A stretch of DNA of 64,000 bases from Candidatus Kerfeldbacteria bacterium (GCA_047946875.1 CP181398.1:574514-638513); one strand, 5' to 3'. Shown: positions 50,802 to 61,055, counted from the first letter of the stretch. Program-made: numbers and translations. The notes: generated by a model not told the origin, from the letters alone.

Positions 50802-50924
50802 TCAAGCCCCTCTCGTTGTCCATATTTTTGTTAATGTTCTTATTGACTAATTCAAATATCTTACTCTGATATTTCTAAATTGTCAATAAAAAAATCGCCT
50901 TGTCACACAACAACAAAACGATTT

Positions 50925-51506
50925 TTACAAACTCAATAGCTTAAAGAACAAATCAGATTCTAATAACAAGGAGACTAAATAATCCTGTACCCAGCTAATA
51001 ATATCTGATCCGATATAAACTAGCAAATAAGCTCGGAGGGTCGTGCCTAAGATAAGACAAATGTAAGAAAAATAATTATTTCTCAAAACACATAGCCCTA
51101 TTCCAAACTTAACAAAAAATGGCAAGCACCCCAGAACAAATAATGTTATAAAGTATAAACATTTCCAAGAGAAATGCCACCTTTTCTGATATGCCCTCAT
51201 CCGCGCCCATTCAATAGAGCTTACAAACATTGAACCTATACGTCCAATTTTGTATTTGGTAATATGTAAGTTTCTCAATACCTTTCTATCAGCAATCCAT
51301 AACACTCTTAATGAGTTGGTCAAAAAGACAACATACACTAAGAAATAAATTGATAAAATAGAAAATATGAATAACTTTTGTTGCCATATTACTGCAATGG
51401 TTGGGATTATTAATTCTAATGGAACAATACCTAAAGTTGCAAAAAACAAAGCCAACCATCTTGCTTGGACAAGTTTTTTTATTGGTACATTTTTAGTCAA
51501 AATCAC
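50925..51506 (-). CDS. Hypothetical membrane protein, likely a distant paralog of 50139-50801
   Basis: Shared F.LG..P...G.G.....N......LILG...R segment; SD AAGGAGGTGA suggests a TTG start at 51500. Confidence 0.7.
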   Translation of the reverse strand: MILTKNVPIKKLVQARWLALFFATLGIVPLELIIPTIAVIWQQKLFIFSILSIYFLVYVVFLTNSLRVLWIADRKVLRNLHITKYKIGRIGSMFVSSIEWARMRAYQKRWHFSWKCLYFITLFVLGCLPFFVKFGIGLCVLRNNYFSYICLILGTTLRAYLLVYIGSDIISWVQDYLVSLLLESDLFFKLLSL

Positions 51507-51614
51507 CTCCTTTTGATTATCAAAGATCTATATATTAATAGATAAATATATGTTATTTTAATCATTTTGTCAATACTACTCCTCAAAAAATCATATTTAA
51601 TGTACAATAAGAAT

Positions 51615-52529
51615 ATGAAAATAAATAATAAACCTTTACTAATAGTAATTGTTGGTCCAAATGCCTCAGGTAAAACATCCTTATCTATTAAACTTGCAAA
51701 AAAATTTAATGGTGAAATAATTTCTGCTGATTCAAGACAAGTTTATAAAAATATGGATATTGGCACCGGTAAAGTTACAAAACAAGAACAACAGACTATA
51801 CAACACTATCTGATTGATGTAGCTTCTCCAAACAAAGAATACAATGTATCACATTTTAAAAAAGATACTTTGAAGGCACTAAAAAAAATATATATCCAAA
51901 ATAAACTCCCCTTCTTAGTTGGAGGGACAGGTTTTTGGATACAAGCCATAATAGATGATATAAATCTACCGGCAGTAAAACCAAATAAAAAACTGAGAAA
52001 ACAACTTGGGAATAAAAATTCTGTACAACTTTTTAACATTCTAAAAAAACTCGATCCAAGTAGAGCTAAAAATATAGATGCTAAAAATCCTTTCCGATTA
52101 ATTAGAGCTATAGAAATAGTCAAAGCTACAAAAAAACCAATTGCAAAAATTAAGAAAAAAGATATTTATAATTTATTGGTTTTAGGTATTAAGCACCCCA
52201 AGAATATAATTCAAAACAGAATCAATAAACGTTTAACTATTAGATTAAAACAGGGCATGATCTCAGAAGTAAAAAAACTTCACAAGCAAGGAGTAAGCTG
52301 GAAAAGAATGGAAACTATTGGTTTAGAATATAAATTTATATCCAGCTATCTACGTAATAATATAACAAAACAAGAAATGAAGGATAAAATTAAAACATCA
52401 TCTTACAAATATGCGAAACGTCAGTTAACATGGTTCAATAAAGATGATAGAATAAACTGGATAACTAGTCAAAAGGAAGCAATAAAATTAACTAACAAAT
52501 TTATTAAACAATATGCCAACAATAATTAG
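51615..52529 (+). CDS. miaA: tRNA dimethylallyltransferase
   Basis: GPNASGKT, ADSRQVY..MDIGT.K, VGGTG, YAKRQ.TWF; likely ATG 51615. Confidence 0.96.
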   Translation: MKINNKPLLIVIVGPNASGKTSLSIKLAKKFNGEIISADSRQVYKNMDIGTGKVTKQEQQTIQHYLIDVASPNKEYNVSHFKKDTLKALKKIYIQNKLPFLVGGTGFWIQAIIDDINLPAVKPNKKLRKQLGNKNSVQLFNILKKLDPSRAKNIDAKNPFRLIRAIEIVKATKKPIAKIKKKDIYNLLVLGIKHPKNIIQNRINKRLTIRLKQGMISEVKKLHKQGVSWKRMETIGLEYKFISSYLRNNITKQEMKDKIKTSSYKYAKRQLTWFNKDDRINWITSQKEAIKLTNKFIKQYANNN

Positions 52530-52848
52530 CGGTAAACATTTAAAGCTCAATAGTCCACTCAAAATATATATTTTACAGAAACTACGAAAGATTAAGAAAC
52601 TTTCACCACACATATTGGAATTTAAGGCTGAACTAGACAAAGAGAATAACAAAAGCCAAGGAGATGTCTTTCGTGCAGAAATTTCATTAAAACTTGCTGG
52701 TAAAATTATAAAAGCTGGCCAAAAATCCAAACATATGCGTGAAGCAATAGATCTATGTATCCCAAAAATTACACGACAAATAAATAAATACAAAACGATC
52801 ACAAGAAAAAGTAAACAACCAGGCAATAAAACTATCAGAAAACAATAA
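52513..52848 (+). CDS. Ribosome hibernation factor (HPF/RaiA-like)
   Basis: I.GK...L...L..Y...KL.K, M.EAID....K..RQ..KYK. Confidence 0.8.
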   Translation: MPTIISGKHLKLNSPLKIYILQKLRKIKKLSPHILEFKAELDKENNKSQGDVFRAEISLKLAGKIIKAGQKSKHMREAIDLCIPKITRQINKYKTITRKSKQPGNKTIRKQ

Positions 52849-52893
52849 TATTAAAAAAAAGCGCAGTTCTTAGAATTGCGCTTTTATAGAAAA

Positions 52894-53427
52894 TTAAACC
52901 TTACCTAAAGGCTCAAGTCCGATCAATATCTCTTTGAATTTTGATCCGGAAGTATCATCAGGTAAATATGCCAGCACGGAAGAAAGATGAGTCATCACTA
53001 GGAACCCACGACCACAGTCGTCAGTAGTAAATGTTTCACTAACTTCCAGGTTGATATTCTTGATATCAATCTTGCCAGCATCATCAGTAATACCTACAAA
53101 AAGCATTACTTTCGGTATATGCATCACATTGATGCCGACTTTATGCTTACCACAATTAGATCCATGTCTAATAGCATTAGACACAGCTTCTGATACTGCT
53201 ATTGCTAGATCAGCAAGGCGTGATGACTTGAATGGGAAACCCTTTACGATTTCCTCAAGTTTTGTATCAACGACCTCAATCTGAGTTTCAATAGCCTCTA
53301 CTTCGAAATGTTCCATTATAATATCTTCAGGAACGATATTCGTTGGTAACCACAGTGGATTCTCATGTTCCTTCTCTGCACCAAAAAACAAGATACTCCC
53401 ATCATTCATAGTATATGGTCGAATCAT
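52894..53427 (-). CDS. RsbW-like anti-sigma factor / HATPase_c_2 protein
   Basis: AVSEAVSNAIRHG, D..G, GRGFLVM..L. Confidence 0.8.
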   Translation of the reverse strand: MIRPYTMNDGSILFFGAEKEHENPLWLPTNIVPEDIIMEHFEVEAIETQIEVVDTKLEEIVKGFPFKSSRLADLAIAVSEAVSNAIRHGSNCGKHKVGINVMHIPKVMLFVGITDDAGKIDIKNINLEVSETFTTDDCGRGFLVMTHLSSVLAYLPDDTSGSKFKEILIGLEPLGKV

Positions 53428-53551
53428 TTTACACTCCTCCTTCCATGTGCTATTGACAATGAACTTTTCATATCAACTTATCAAAATAACTTACTTTTGT
53501 CAATAATAGAAGGAGAGAAAATAAATTCTCCCCTTAATTATATATAATTTG

Positions 53552-54592
53552 TTAATATATTCTAGAACGATTAGATGGAAATGTCACAGCCTTAGTTATA
53601 TCAGTCTGACCTAATAGATATTGGAATATCCTAGATAAACCAAATCCACATCCAGAATGAGGTACAGATGGATATTCTTTTAGCATTTGTAGATACCAAG
53701 CAAAACCATCTTCAGCCTTATCATCCTTAGCTTTAAGAGCTTTGAACATTTCTGAGTTATATAATCTACTCTTAAACTCTTCATATTCCCAGACTCTAGC
53801 CGCTGAACCTACACACTCACCACCAAATGGCACAATACAGTCAGCACTTTGCACTAAGTCAGAATTCTTTTGATCAGGCACCATGTTAAAAAACTTAATG
53901 GCTAAGTTATCCTTTTTAGCAGCAAATAACTTTTGCATTCTTTCGCTTTCTGGGTTTGGAAAACGAACGATAAGTATCGGTCCACCGCCATGATTCTTAA
54001 TTAGCTCTTTTTCTTGGGTTGATGATATATCGTCTCCCCATTCTAGACCTAATTCCTCAATCGCATCCTCATACTGAATTCTTGGAAATGGACTATTATG
54101 ATCTACTAAATGTTTTAAATCTTTTGGTAAGCCATATGATTCTCTTTCTTTTGCTGGTATAGCTTTAATCGTATCTACCAAATGAGTAATAAATGATTCG
54201 ATTTCTATCAGCAACTGTTCAAAATCACCGCGAAATTCTATCTCAACCATCTCAAACTCGGTAAGATGTCTAGTATCTGCTTTTGGCTCTGCACGTCCTG
54301 ATGGACCAATACAATAAACTTTTTCGAGACCCCCTCTCCCCAAAAGGGACTCGAGATATAATTGTCCAGTTTGAGCAAAATATGCTCTTTTCTGGCCTTG
54401 GTTAAACCAGTGAACATCTTTATCAACACCTATTTCAAATAAGGTATCGATATTTTCACATGCACCACTAGCTGGTACAATACGTGGCACAGTAATTCTT
54501 TGAAAGCCCTTTTTTCTTAAATAGCTTTCTCCAGCATCTACCATCTTGTCGATAAACTTAATGGTTTTAAAATTTGGATCATGAAACTCCAT
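53552..54592 (-). CDS. AsnRS-like catalytic domain only (archaeal-type asparagine synthetase candidate)
   Basis: GACE, QTGQLYLE, RAE....RHLTEF, GE..G...R, WY, PHSG.GFG..R; no N-terminal anticodon OB fold. Confidence 0.8.
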   Translation of the reverse strand: MEFHDPNFKTIKFIDKMVDAGESYLRKKGFQRITVPRIVPASGACENIDTLFEIGVDKDVHWFNQGQKRAYFAQTGQLYLESLLGRGGLEKVYCIGPSGRAEPKADTRHLTEFEMVEIEFRGDFEQLLIEIESFITHLVDTIKAIPAKERESYGLPKDLKHLVDHNSPFPRIQYEDAIEELGLEWGDDISSTQEKELIKNHGGGPILIVRFPNPESERMQKLFAAKKDNLAIKFFNMVPDQKNSDLVQSADCIVPFGGECVGSAARVWEYEEFKSRLYNSEMFKALKAKDDKAEDGFAWYLQMLKEYPSVPHSGCGFGLSRIFQYLLGQTDITKAVTFPSNRSRIY

Positions 54593-54642
54593 ATAATTTC
54601 CTTTCTAAAGGAAATCATTAGAATTTACAGATTTCCTTTTTG

Positions 54643-55524
54643 TTAATTGTTTATTTTGTTAATACGATATTCTCGCACCAATTTTGTTGATATCCATGGT
54701 CGCATGATATGAGCAGAACCTATACTAACAGCTGTTGCGCCACATTCTAAAAAATCTCCAACATCATAGATGTTATTAATACCACCTCCACCAATTATTG
54801 GTAATTTGCAATTTTGTGCAAACCAACCAACTTGCTCAAGGGCGTGTTCTTTGATGATGCTACCAGATATTCCTCCACCTAATAATAATGGTGATTTTTT
54901 ATCTGGATAAAGATTATTGAATGGGATAGTATTGATCATATCCACTGCATCAATCTCAGCATACTCAAGAATTTTTTTGAATTCCTTACGAGTTACTTCA
55001 TCTTGATACCCAATCTTTACAATGATTGGATGTTTTGAAATAACCTTCGCAGATAACAAGGTCATTCTTGTTAGATCAAAATCCTCCTGCCATTTAATCC
55101 AGTCAGGCGTATTTGGACATGAAAGATTAATTTCTATTCCCAAAATATCCAATTTATTTATTTTTTTAACTATGGCAACAATGTTTTCTGGCTTTTCTCC
55201 ACTTATAGAGACAACCAAATTAACACCCTTAACCTTTGGATATTCTTTTTGGATAAACCAATCAATACCTCGATTAGTTAAACCAAATGCATTTACCCAA
55301 CCGCCTTTGATTGGTGATAATACCTGCCATGGATTACGTCCAGTAAAATTACCAATACGTGGGTTTAATGTTAGTGTTTTGGTAATGATCATACCAATTT
55401 CATTTAATCTAAGTATTCCTATGTAGCTTAGTGGTCGCTCCCACCCATATGCACGGCCAAAGGCCAATGCCCCAGATGAGGCAACAATAGGATTTCTAAT
55501 CTGCATACTTCCAAGATTCAACAT
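54643..55524 (-). CDS. pyrD: Dihydroorotate dehydrogenase, family 1
   Basis: TKTLT..PR.GN, NAFGL.N.G, NLSCPN, INT, GGISG, IG.GGI. Confidence 0.88.
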   Translation of the reverse strand: MLNLGSMQIRNPIVASSGALAFGRAYGWERPLSYIGILRLNEIGMIITKTLTLNPRIGNFTGRNPWQVLSPIKGGWVNAFGLTNRGIDWFIQKEYPKVKGVNLVVSISGEKPENIVAIVKKINKLDILGIEINLSCPNTPDWIKWQEDFDLTRMTLLSAKVISKHPIIVKIGYQDEVTRKEFKKILEYAEIDAVDMINTIPFNNLYPDKKSPLLLGGGISGSIIKEHALEQVGWFAQNCKLPIIGGGGINNIYDVGDFLECGATAVSIGSAHIMRPWISTKLVREYRINKINN

Positions 55525-55560
55525 TTTTGGACTCCTTTATTTAGTTGTCAAAGTACGGTC

Positions 55561-55727
55561 AAAAAAAATAACCCCTTAATTGGGGTTAATTTCAATAGAT
55601 TGTTGAGAATAAATCCGGTAATCTCCCGGTCCACTCTCGTTACCGAGTAATTTTTTGCGTTTAATTTGTTTGCAAAATATTTTCATACTCTGCTCCTAAA
55701 GATACTCCTAGATTTAATCCTTGTCAA
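55561..55727 (-). promoter_or_regulatory. pyrD leader: promoter, 36-codon leader ORF (55576-55686) and attenuator-like terminator
   Basis: TTGACA-N17-TATCTT; ORF MKIFCKQIKRKKLLGNESGPGDYRIYSQQSIEINPN* stops in the loop of TAACCCC/GGGGTTA-T8. Confidence 0.6.
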
Positions 55728-55788
55728 ATTAGCTAATCTAAGCCAAAAATTATATACTTATCCACAATATCTATAGTAATGTCCATTT

Positions 55789-57339
55789 TTATTTTAATTT
55801 TTTTATTAAAATATCCAAAACTTTATTTGCATCGGCTCTTCCCTTAGTATCTTTCATAATCTGCCCAACAAGAAATTTAATTGCATTATCTTTACCAGAT
55901 TTATAATCCTCTACAACTTTCTTATTATTATTTATTGCTTGGTTTATTACATCGTCAAGACTATCGTCACTTGTCAGTTTACCAAGATCTTCATTTTCCA
56001 TTATATCAGAAGGGTCCCCACCTTCATTGAACATTTTATTCAAAACCAATACTCCTGTGTGATTATTCAAACGTTTGTCAAAAACTAATTTTAATAGCTC
56101 TGCAAAATTTTCATGAGATATTTTTATATCTTTGATTTTAGTATTTTTACTATTGACTAAATTTAATAATCTAGAAATTATCCAATTAGCAGCTGACTTA
56201 ACTAGTTTCTTCTTATTTTTATCCCATACTTCATCATTAGTACCTTCAACTTGATCAGCAGTGATTATCCACCCTCTTAGTTCTGAAATAACTCCTTCAA
56301 AATAATTTGCAAGATCTTTATCAGCGACTAAAATATTCGAATCATATTCATTTAACTCAAATTCTTTTTGGAATCTTTGCCTTTTAGGATAAGGCATCTC
56401 AGACAATGTAACCTTGATATCATCAATGTATTTTTTACTAAAATTGAATGGTGGAATATCTGGCTCGGGAAAATATCGATAATCATGTTGCTCCTCTTTA
56501 ACTCTTTGTAAAACAGTTTCATTTTTTTTCTCATCCCATCCGCGAGTAGACTGTAAGGTCGGGGCTTCTCCCTTTTCCCATAATTCAGTTTGTCTTTTTA
56601 TTTCATACTCTAACGCTTTTTCCACAGACTTAAAAGAATTAAGATTTTTAATTTCAGTTTTTGGATACAATTTTTCTGCTTCAAGACCTATAGAATCATC
56701 TGTTACTTTTTCTGAAATATATTCTGGATTGGGTCTTAATGAAATATTTGCATCACAACGTAGCTGTCCTTTCTCCATGTTTGCATCAGAAATATCTAAG
56801 TATCTCATTATCAATCTTATCTCCTGTAAAAATTCTTTTGAGCCTTGTGGCGATTTTAAATCAGGTCTAGTCACAACTTCTAACAATGGTGTACCAGCTC
56901 GATTATAATCAACATAACTAGCACTTTTATCTTCTTCGTGCATTAACTTGCCAGTATCTTCCTCGAGGTGAGCTCGTTCAATTCTTACTCTTCTCTTACC
57001 AGCACTACTTTTTATTATCAAATGTCCATCATGCCCAAATGGTTCATCAAACTGAGATATCTGATAACCTTTTGGCAAATCAGGATAATAATAGCTCTTG
57101 CGATCAAAATGAGAATGCATATTGATTCCACAATTTAATGCTAATGACGCCATAATTGCCCATTTAACTGCTTGCTCATTTGTAGTAGGTAATATACCAG
57201 GGTGCCCCAAACATATTGAACATACTGTCGTATTAGCTGATTTATCCTCACCAGTATTATCACACGTACAAAACATCTTACTTTTAGTCTTAAGCTGGAC
57301 ATGTATTTCTAATCCTATTACTGTTTCATATTTATTCAT
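55789..57339 (-). CDS. gatB: Asp/Glu-tRNA amidotransferase subunit B
   Basis: IGLEIHVQL, YPDLPKGYQISQ, NRAGTPLLE, LRCDANIS, EIKNLNSF, YRYFPEPD. Confidence 0.98.
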   Translation of the reverse strand: MNKYETVIGLEIHVQLKTKSKMFCTCDNTGEDKSANTTVCSICLGHPGILPTTNEQAVKWAIMASLALNCGINMHSHFDRKSYYYPDLPKGYQISQFDEPFGHDGHLIIKSSAGKRRVRIERAHLEEDTGKLMHEEDKSASYVDYNRAGTPLLEVVTRPDLKSPQGSKEFLQEIRLIMRYLDISDANMEKGQLRCDANISLRPNPEYISEKVTDDSIGLEAEKLYPKTEIKNLNSFKSVEKALEYEIKRQTELWEKGEAPTLQSTRGWDEKKNETVLQRVKEEQHDYRYFPEPDIPPFNFSKKYIDDIKVTLSEMPYPKRQRFQKEFELNEYDSNILVADKDLANYFEGVISELRGWIITADQVEGTNDEVWDKNKKKLVKSAANWIISRLLNLVNSKNTKIKDIKISHENFAELLKLVFDKRLNNHTGVLVLNKMFNEGGDPSDIMENEDLGKLTSDDSLDDVINQAINNNKKVVEDYKSGKDNAIKFLVGQIMKDTKGRADANKVLDILIKKLK

Positions 57340-57409
57340 AGGATAATTGTACCAAAAAAACCTATTTTTTGGAAATATAAAAAAAACGCCTCATACAATA
57401 GCAATTATA

Positions 57410-58270
57410 TTAGGCGTCTATATCAAAGAAATAATCTCTAAGAATTCGCGATCTGCTCGCATGTCGCAATCTTCTTATAGCTTTTTTCTTGATTTGTCTT
57501 ATTCTTTCTCTTGTAAGACTTTTTATTTCCCCAATTTCCTCCAAAGTCATTGACTTCTGTCCGCTGAATCCAAAGTATAAATATATAACCTCGGCTTCTT
57601 TAGATGTCAATGAACAAAGCACTTTATCTATTTCAACACGCAATGAGTCTCTGAATAATTCATCATCAGGACTTGACTGATTACTGTCTTCAAGAACATC
57701 AACCAAAGATCCATCATTATCATTAATCGGAGAATCCAAGGACAAATGGCTATCACCAATTGTTAAAGTTTCAGCTACTTCTTTTTCAGTCAAACCAAGT
57801 TCAAATGCTATTTCCTGTTCAGAAGGATCACGTCCAAGTATCTGTTGAAGGTTTTTTGATGCTTTACCAGTCTTATTCAAAACACCAACTCTGTTCAAAG
57901 GCAGCCTTACTATCCTGCTTTGTTCCGCCAAAGCCTGCAAAATAGATTGTCTGATCCACCAAACAGCATAGCTTATCAATCTGAATCCACGAGTTTCATC
58001 AAATCTTTCTACAGCTTTTATAAGGCCGATATTTCCATCGTTTATCAAATCCTGGAGGCTTATTCCTTGATTTTGATATTGTTTGGCAATAGAAACTACA
58101 AATCGTAAATTTGGCTTAACAAGTGCATTTCGCACACTCTTATCCCCTGATTTATACTTTCTTGCTAATCTTGTCTCTTCCTTATGGCTTAGAATTGCTG
58201 TTTCACCAATCTGTTTTAAATATAGATCTAGCGATTTATCATCTACATCAGATTTTTTTTTCAAAATCAA
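57410..58270 (-). CDS. RpoD/SigA-family sigma factor lacking region 1.1
   Basis: LDLYLKQIG, NLRFVVSIAKQY, ISYAVWWIRQSILQALAEQSRIVRLPLN, TLEEIG....LTRERIRQI. Confidence 0.93.
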   Translation of the reverse strand: MILKKKSDVDDKSLDLYLKQIGETAILSHKEETRLARKYKSGDKSVRNALVKPNLRFVVSIAKQYQNQGISLQDLINDGNIGLIKAVERFDETRGFRLISYAVWWIRQSILQALAEQSRIVRLPLNRVGVLNKTGKASKNLQQILGRDPSEQEIAFELGLTEKEVAETLTIGDSHLSLDSPINDNDGSLVDVLEDSNQSSPDDELFRDSLRVEIDKVLCSLTSKEAEVIYLYFGFSGQKSMTLEEIGEIKSLTRERIRQIKKKAIRRLRHASRSRILRDYFFDIDA

Positions 58271-58386
58271 TTACCTCCTTTCGAGAAATATATTAAGAAT
58301 ATTTTTTAATGAACAATTACCAGTTTTAAACCTTATCACAACAAAAAAATCTAGTCAATCCAGACATGCTTCATAGTATTAAATTT

Positions 58387-59013
58387 TTATAAAATTTCTT
58401 GTACTTTATCTTGTATTTTTTTGGCAATGTCAGACACCTCTCCTATTGCGGAAATAATAAACATTTTATCATTTTTTTCTGCTTGTTTTAGATACCCCTG
58501 ACGGACAGTTGAATGAAATTCTGTTGTTTCTTGATCTAATCTATCATGCTTTTCATCTCTCCTTCTAGCATCTGCTTCCTCTGGGGTAATATCTAAATAT
58601 ATAATTAAGTCAGGTTCTAAACCATATTTCGCCCAATCATTCATTTGTTTTATTTTATCCAAGTCAATCTTTCTGGCTACCCCCTGATAAGCAAATGTCG
58701 AAGTATCAAACCTATCACAAATAACAATTTTTCCTTTATCTAAGGCCGGCCTAACAACTTCAGCTACATGCTGAGCTCGTGATGCTAAATATAATAAAAG
58801 TTCAGCACGATTATCCATTTCTGAATGATTCTTATCTAATATTATTTCTCTAATTTTTTCTGCAATCACCGAATCTTTACCACCCGGTTCTCTAGTAATA
58901 ATATAATTAATATTTTTTTCTATTAAATATTCTTTCAATAATTCTATCTGGGTACTCTTACCCGATTTATCACCACCCTCCAAAACAATAAATTTTCCAT
59001 TTTTATCATTCAT
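58387..59013 (-). CDS. tmk: Thymidylate kinase
   Basis: EGGDKSGKSTQ, TREPGG, DRF..ST.AYQG. Confidence 0.96.
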   Translation of the reverse strand: MNDKNGKFIVLEGGDKSGKSTQIELLKEYLIEKNINYIITREPGGKDSVIAEKIREIILDKNHSEMDNRAELLLYLASRAQHVAEVVRPALDKGKIVICDRFDTSTFAYQGVARKIDLDKIKQMNDWAKYGLEPDLIIYLDITPEEADARRRDEKHDRLDQETTEFHSTVRQGYLKQAEKNDKMFIISAIGEVSDIAKKIQDKVQEIL

Positions 59014-59014
59014 A

Positions 59015-59536
59015 TTATTTTTCTAAAACTAAAAATTTATATTTATATTTTTCATCACTACTTTCTCTTTCACTAACAACTTTTGTAAACTGAGAATATT
59101 CTGGAAAAAAAGTATCTGCTTCATACTCCCCTTCAACTTCCGTAACATATAAACGATCTATCAAATCAATAGTTTGTTTATAGATAGAAGCACCACCAAT
59201 TACAAAAATTTCCTCTTGATCATTTTCCTTAGCGATTTTAATACCTTCCTCAATAGAACTTGCTATTGTCACTCCATCAGCTTTATAATTCTTATCTAAC
59301 GAAAGTACTATATTCAATCTTTTTGGTAATGGCATTCCTATTGATTCAAAAGTAAGCTGTCCCATAATGACTGGGTGACCAGCTGTTATCTTACGAAAAT
59401 ATTGCATATCCTCTGGGATCTCCCACAATAATTTATTTTTGGATCCAATAGCCCTATCTTGTTTTGCTACCGCTACAATACTACTTACAATTGGTTGTCT
59501 CATATTATTTATCCTTATAATATTTTGGTAAAGCAA
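59015..59536 (-). CDS. folA: Dihydrofolate reductase
   Basis: IG..N.L.W.IPED..YF, VIMG..TFESI..PLP.R.NIV, IGG..IY, DTFFP; start may be ATG 59503. Confidence 0.96.
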   Translation of the reverse strand: MLYQNIIRINNMRQPIVSSIVAVAKQDRAIGSKNKLLWEIPEDMQYFRKITAGHPVIMGQLTFESIGMPLPKRLNIVLSLDKNYKADGVTIASSIEEGIKIAKENDQEEIFVIGGASIYKQTIDLIDRLYVTEVEGEYEADTFFPEYSQFTKVVSERESSDEKYKYKFLVLEK

Positions 59537-60038
59537 TCGGGGTTAACGCTGCTAAGACCATATTAATATATCCTTGTTCTCGTGTTACATGATTATCCGT
59601 AGCTAAGCCGAACCAACCCTCTTTTTGTTTGGTGTTTGTCTCTCCAACCAAATCATCATGAGCATCACCTAATTCCATGCCCTGATTTTTTATCTTGTTC
59701 ATTATTACTTTTGGTAATGGCACACCAAAAGAATGACCATAGTAAATTTTACCCTTTCTGTCTACAATTGCACACCAGGCATTAACAAAAGCAAAGTCAT
59801 CTCTAGTCTCTATCCCTCCTTCTATACCAACGCCATATTCAGCCTGTTCTGCAGCTTCTAAGGCCATTTTAGCGCGATTTAATGCACCGTGACGTGTTTC
59901 ATCGTTATATGGTTGATCAGCGATTCCTGAGGGAACTTTATGATAACAAAAATAAGACTTCTCTTTAAAACGCATTTTAAAAGCTTTTTCTACGGCCGAT
60001 ATTTTTACTGGGTTTACCGATCCAATTGATACTTTCAT
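59505..60038 (-). CDS. yjjX: Inosine/xanthosine triphosphatase
   Basis: GS.NPVK, VPSG..DQP, GA.NRA, GIEGG, ELG, KQK.G. Confidence 0.9.
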   Translation of the reverse strand: MKVSIGSVNPVKISAVEKAFKMRFKEKSYFCYHKVPSGIADQPYNDETRHGALNRAKMALEAAEQAEYGVGIEGGIETRDDFAFVNAWCAIVDRKGKIYYGHSFGVPLPKVIMNKIKNQGMELGDAHDDLVGETNTKQKEGWFGLATDNHVTREQGYINMVLAALTPIALPKYYKDK

Positions 60039-60040
60039 AG

Positions 60041-60970
60041 TTATACTGCTATAGGAGCCTTGATCCTAGGATGTGGATCATACCCTTCTAATTCAAAATC
60101 TTCAAATTTAAAATCGAATATATCTTTTATATCAGGATTGATTTTCATAATTGGCAATTCTTTTGGTTCACGGGATAATTGTAATTTAACCTGATCAAAA
60201 TGATTATTATAAATATGAACGTCGCCAAATGTATGAACAAAATCTCCCAATTTTAATCCTGAAACTTGTGCCATCATCATGGCTAATAAAGCATAAGATG
60301 CAATATTAAATGGAACTCCCAAAAATACATCTGCACTACGTTGATAAAGTTGGCAAGACAATTTACCATCCAAGACATGAAATTGATAAATAGTATGACA
60401 AGGAGGTGGCGCTGCTATTTTACTTTTAATATTTTGTTGCAAGTCCCCTACATTCCACCCACTAACAATAATTCTACGAGAGTTAGGATTATTCCTTAAC
60501 AAATCCTGTACTTCAGCAATCTGATTAAACTTTGTGCCATCCGATGATTCCCAAGCTATCCATTGCTTACCATAAACTGGGCCAAGATCGCCATATTCTT
60601 TTGCAAAATCTTCATCGGACTTTATTTTCTCAATAAACTCTTTTTTCTTTTCAATCCACTCATCCGTATACATTGGATATTTTTCTTCTAATTTATTTTT
60701 AACCAAATATCCCTGATATGGCCATTCATCCCAAATATGAACCTTGTTATCAGCTAAATATTTAATATTAGTACTTCCACTAAGAAACCAAAGTAATTCA
60801 TGAATGATTGATCTCATGAAAACTTTCTTGGTAGTTACTAAAGGAAAGCCTTCACTTAAATTATATCTCATTTGATAACCAAAAAGACTCCGAGTACCTA
60901 CTCCCGTCCTGTCAGAGCGATCAACTCCTTTGTCTAATATTGTTTGTAATAAGTCTAGATATTTCTTCAT
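60041..60970 (-). CDS. thyA: Thymidylate synthase
   Basis: DRTGVGT, ELLWFL, GPVYG.QW, PPCH, YQRSAD..LGVPFN. Confidence 0.97.
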   Translation of the reverse strand: MKKYLDLLQTILDKGVDRSDRTGVGTRSLFGYQMRYNLSEGFPLVTTKKVFMRSIIHELLWFLSGSTNIKYLADNKVHIWDEWPYQGYLVKNKLEEKYPMYTDEWIEKKKEFIEKIKSDEDFAKEYGDLGPVYGKQWIAWESSDGTKFNQIAEVQDLLRNNPNSRRIIVSGWNVGDLQQNIKSKIAAPPPCHTIYQFHVLDGKLSCQLYQRSADVFLGVPFNIASYALLAMMMAQVSGLKLGDFVHTFGDVHIYNNHFDQVKLQLSREPKELPIMKINPDIKDIFDFKFEDFELEGYDPHPRIKAPIAV

Positions 60971-61047
60971 AGTTTAATAATTATACATTATTTCAAATAA
61001 TTTGTCATAATAAAAAAATCCGTTCATTATAGTATTAATGAACGGAA
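60970..61047. repeat. 78-bp direct repeat (terminator plus thyA upstream region), copy 1
   Basis: Matches 61920-61997 with 2 mismatches. Confidence 0.9.
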
Positions 61048-61055
61048 TTATATGT

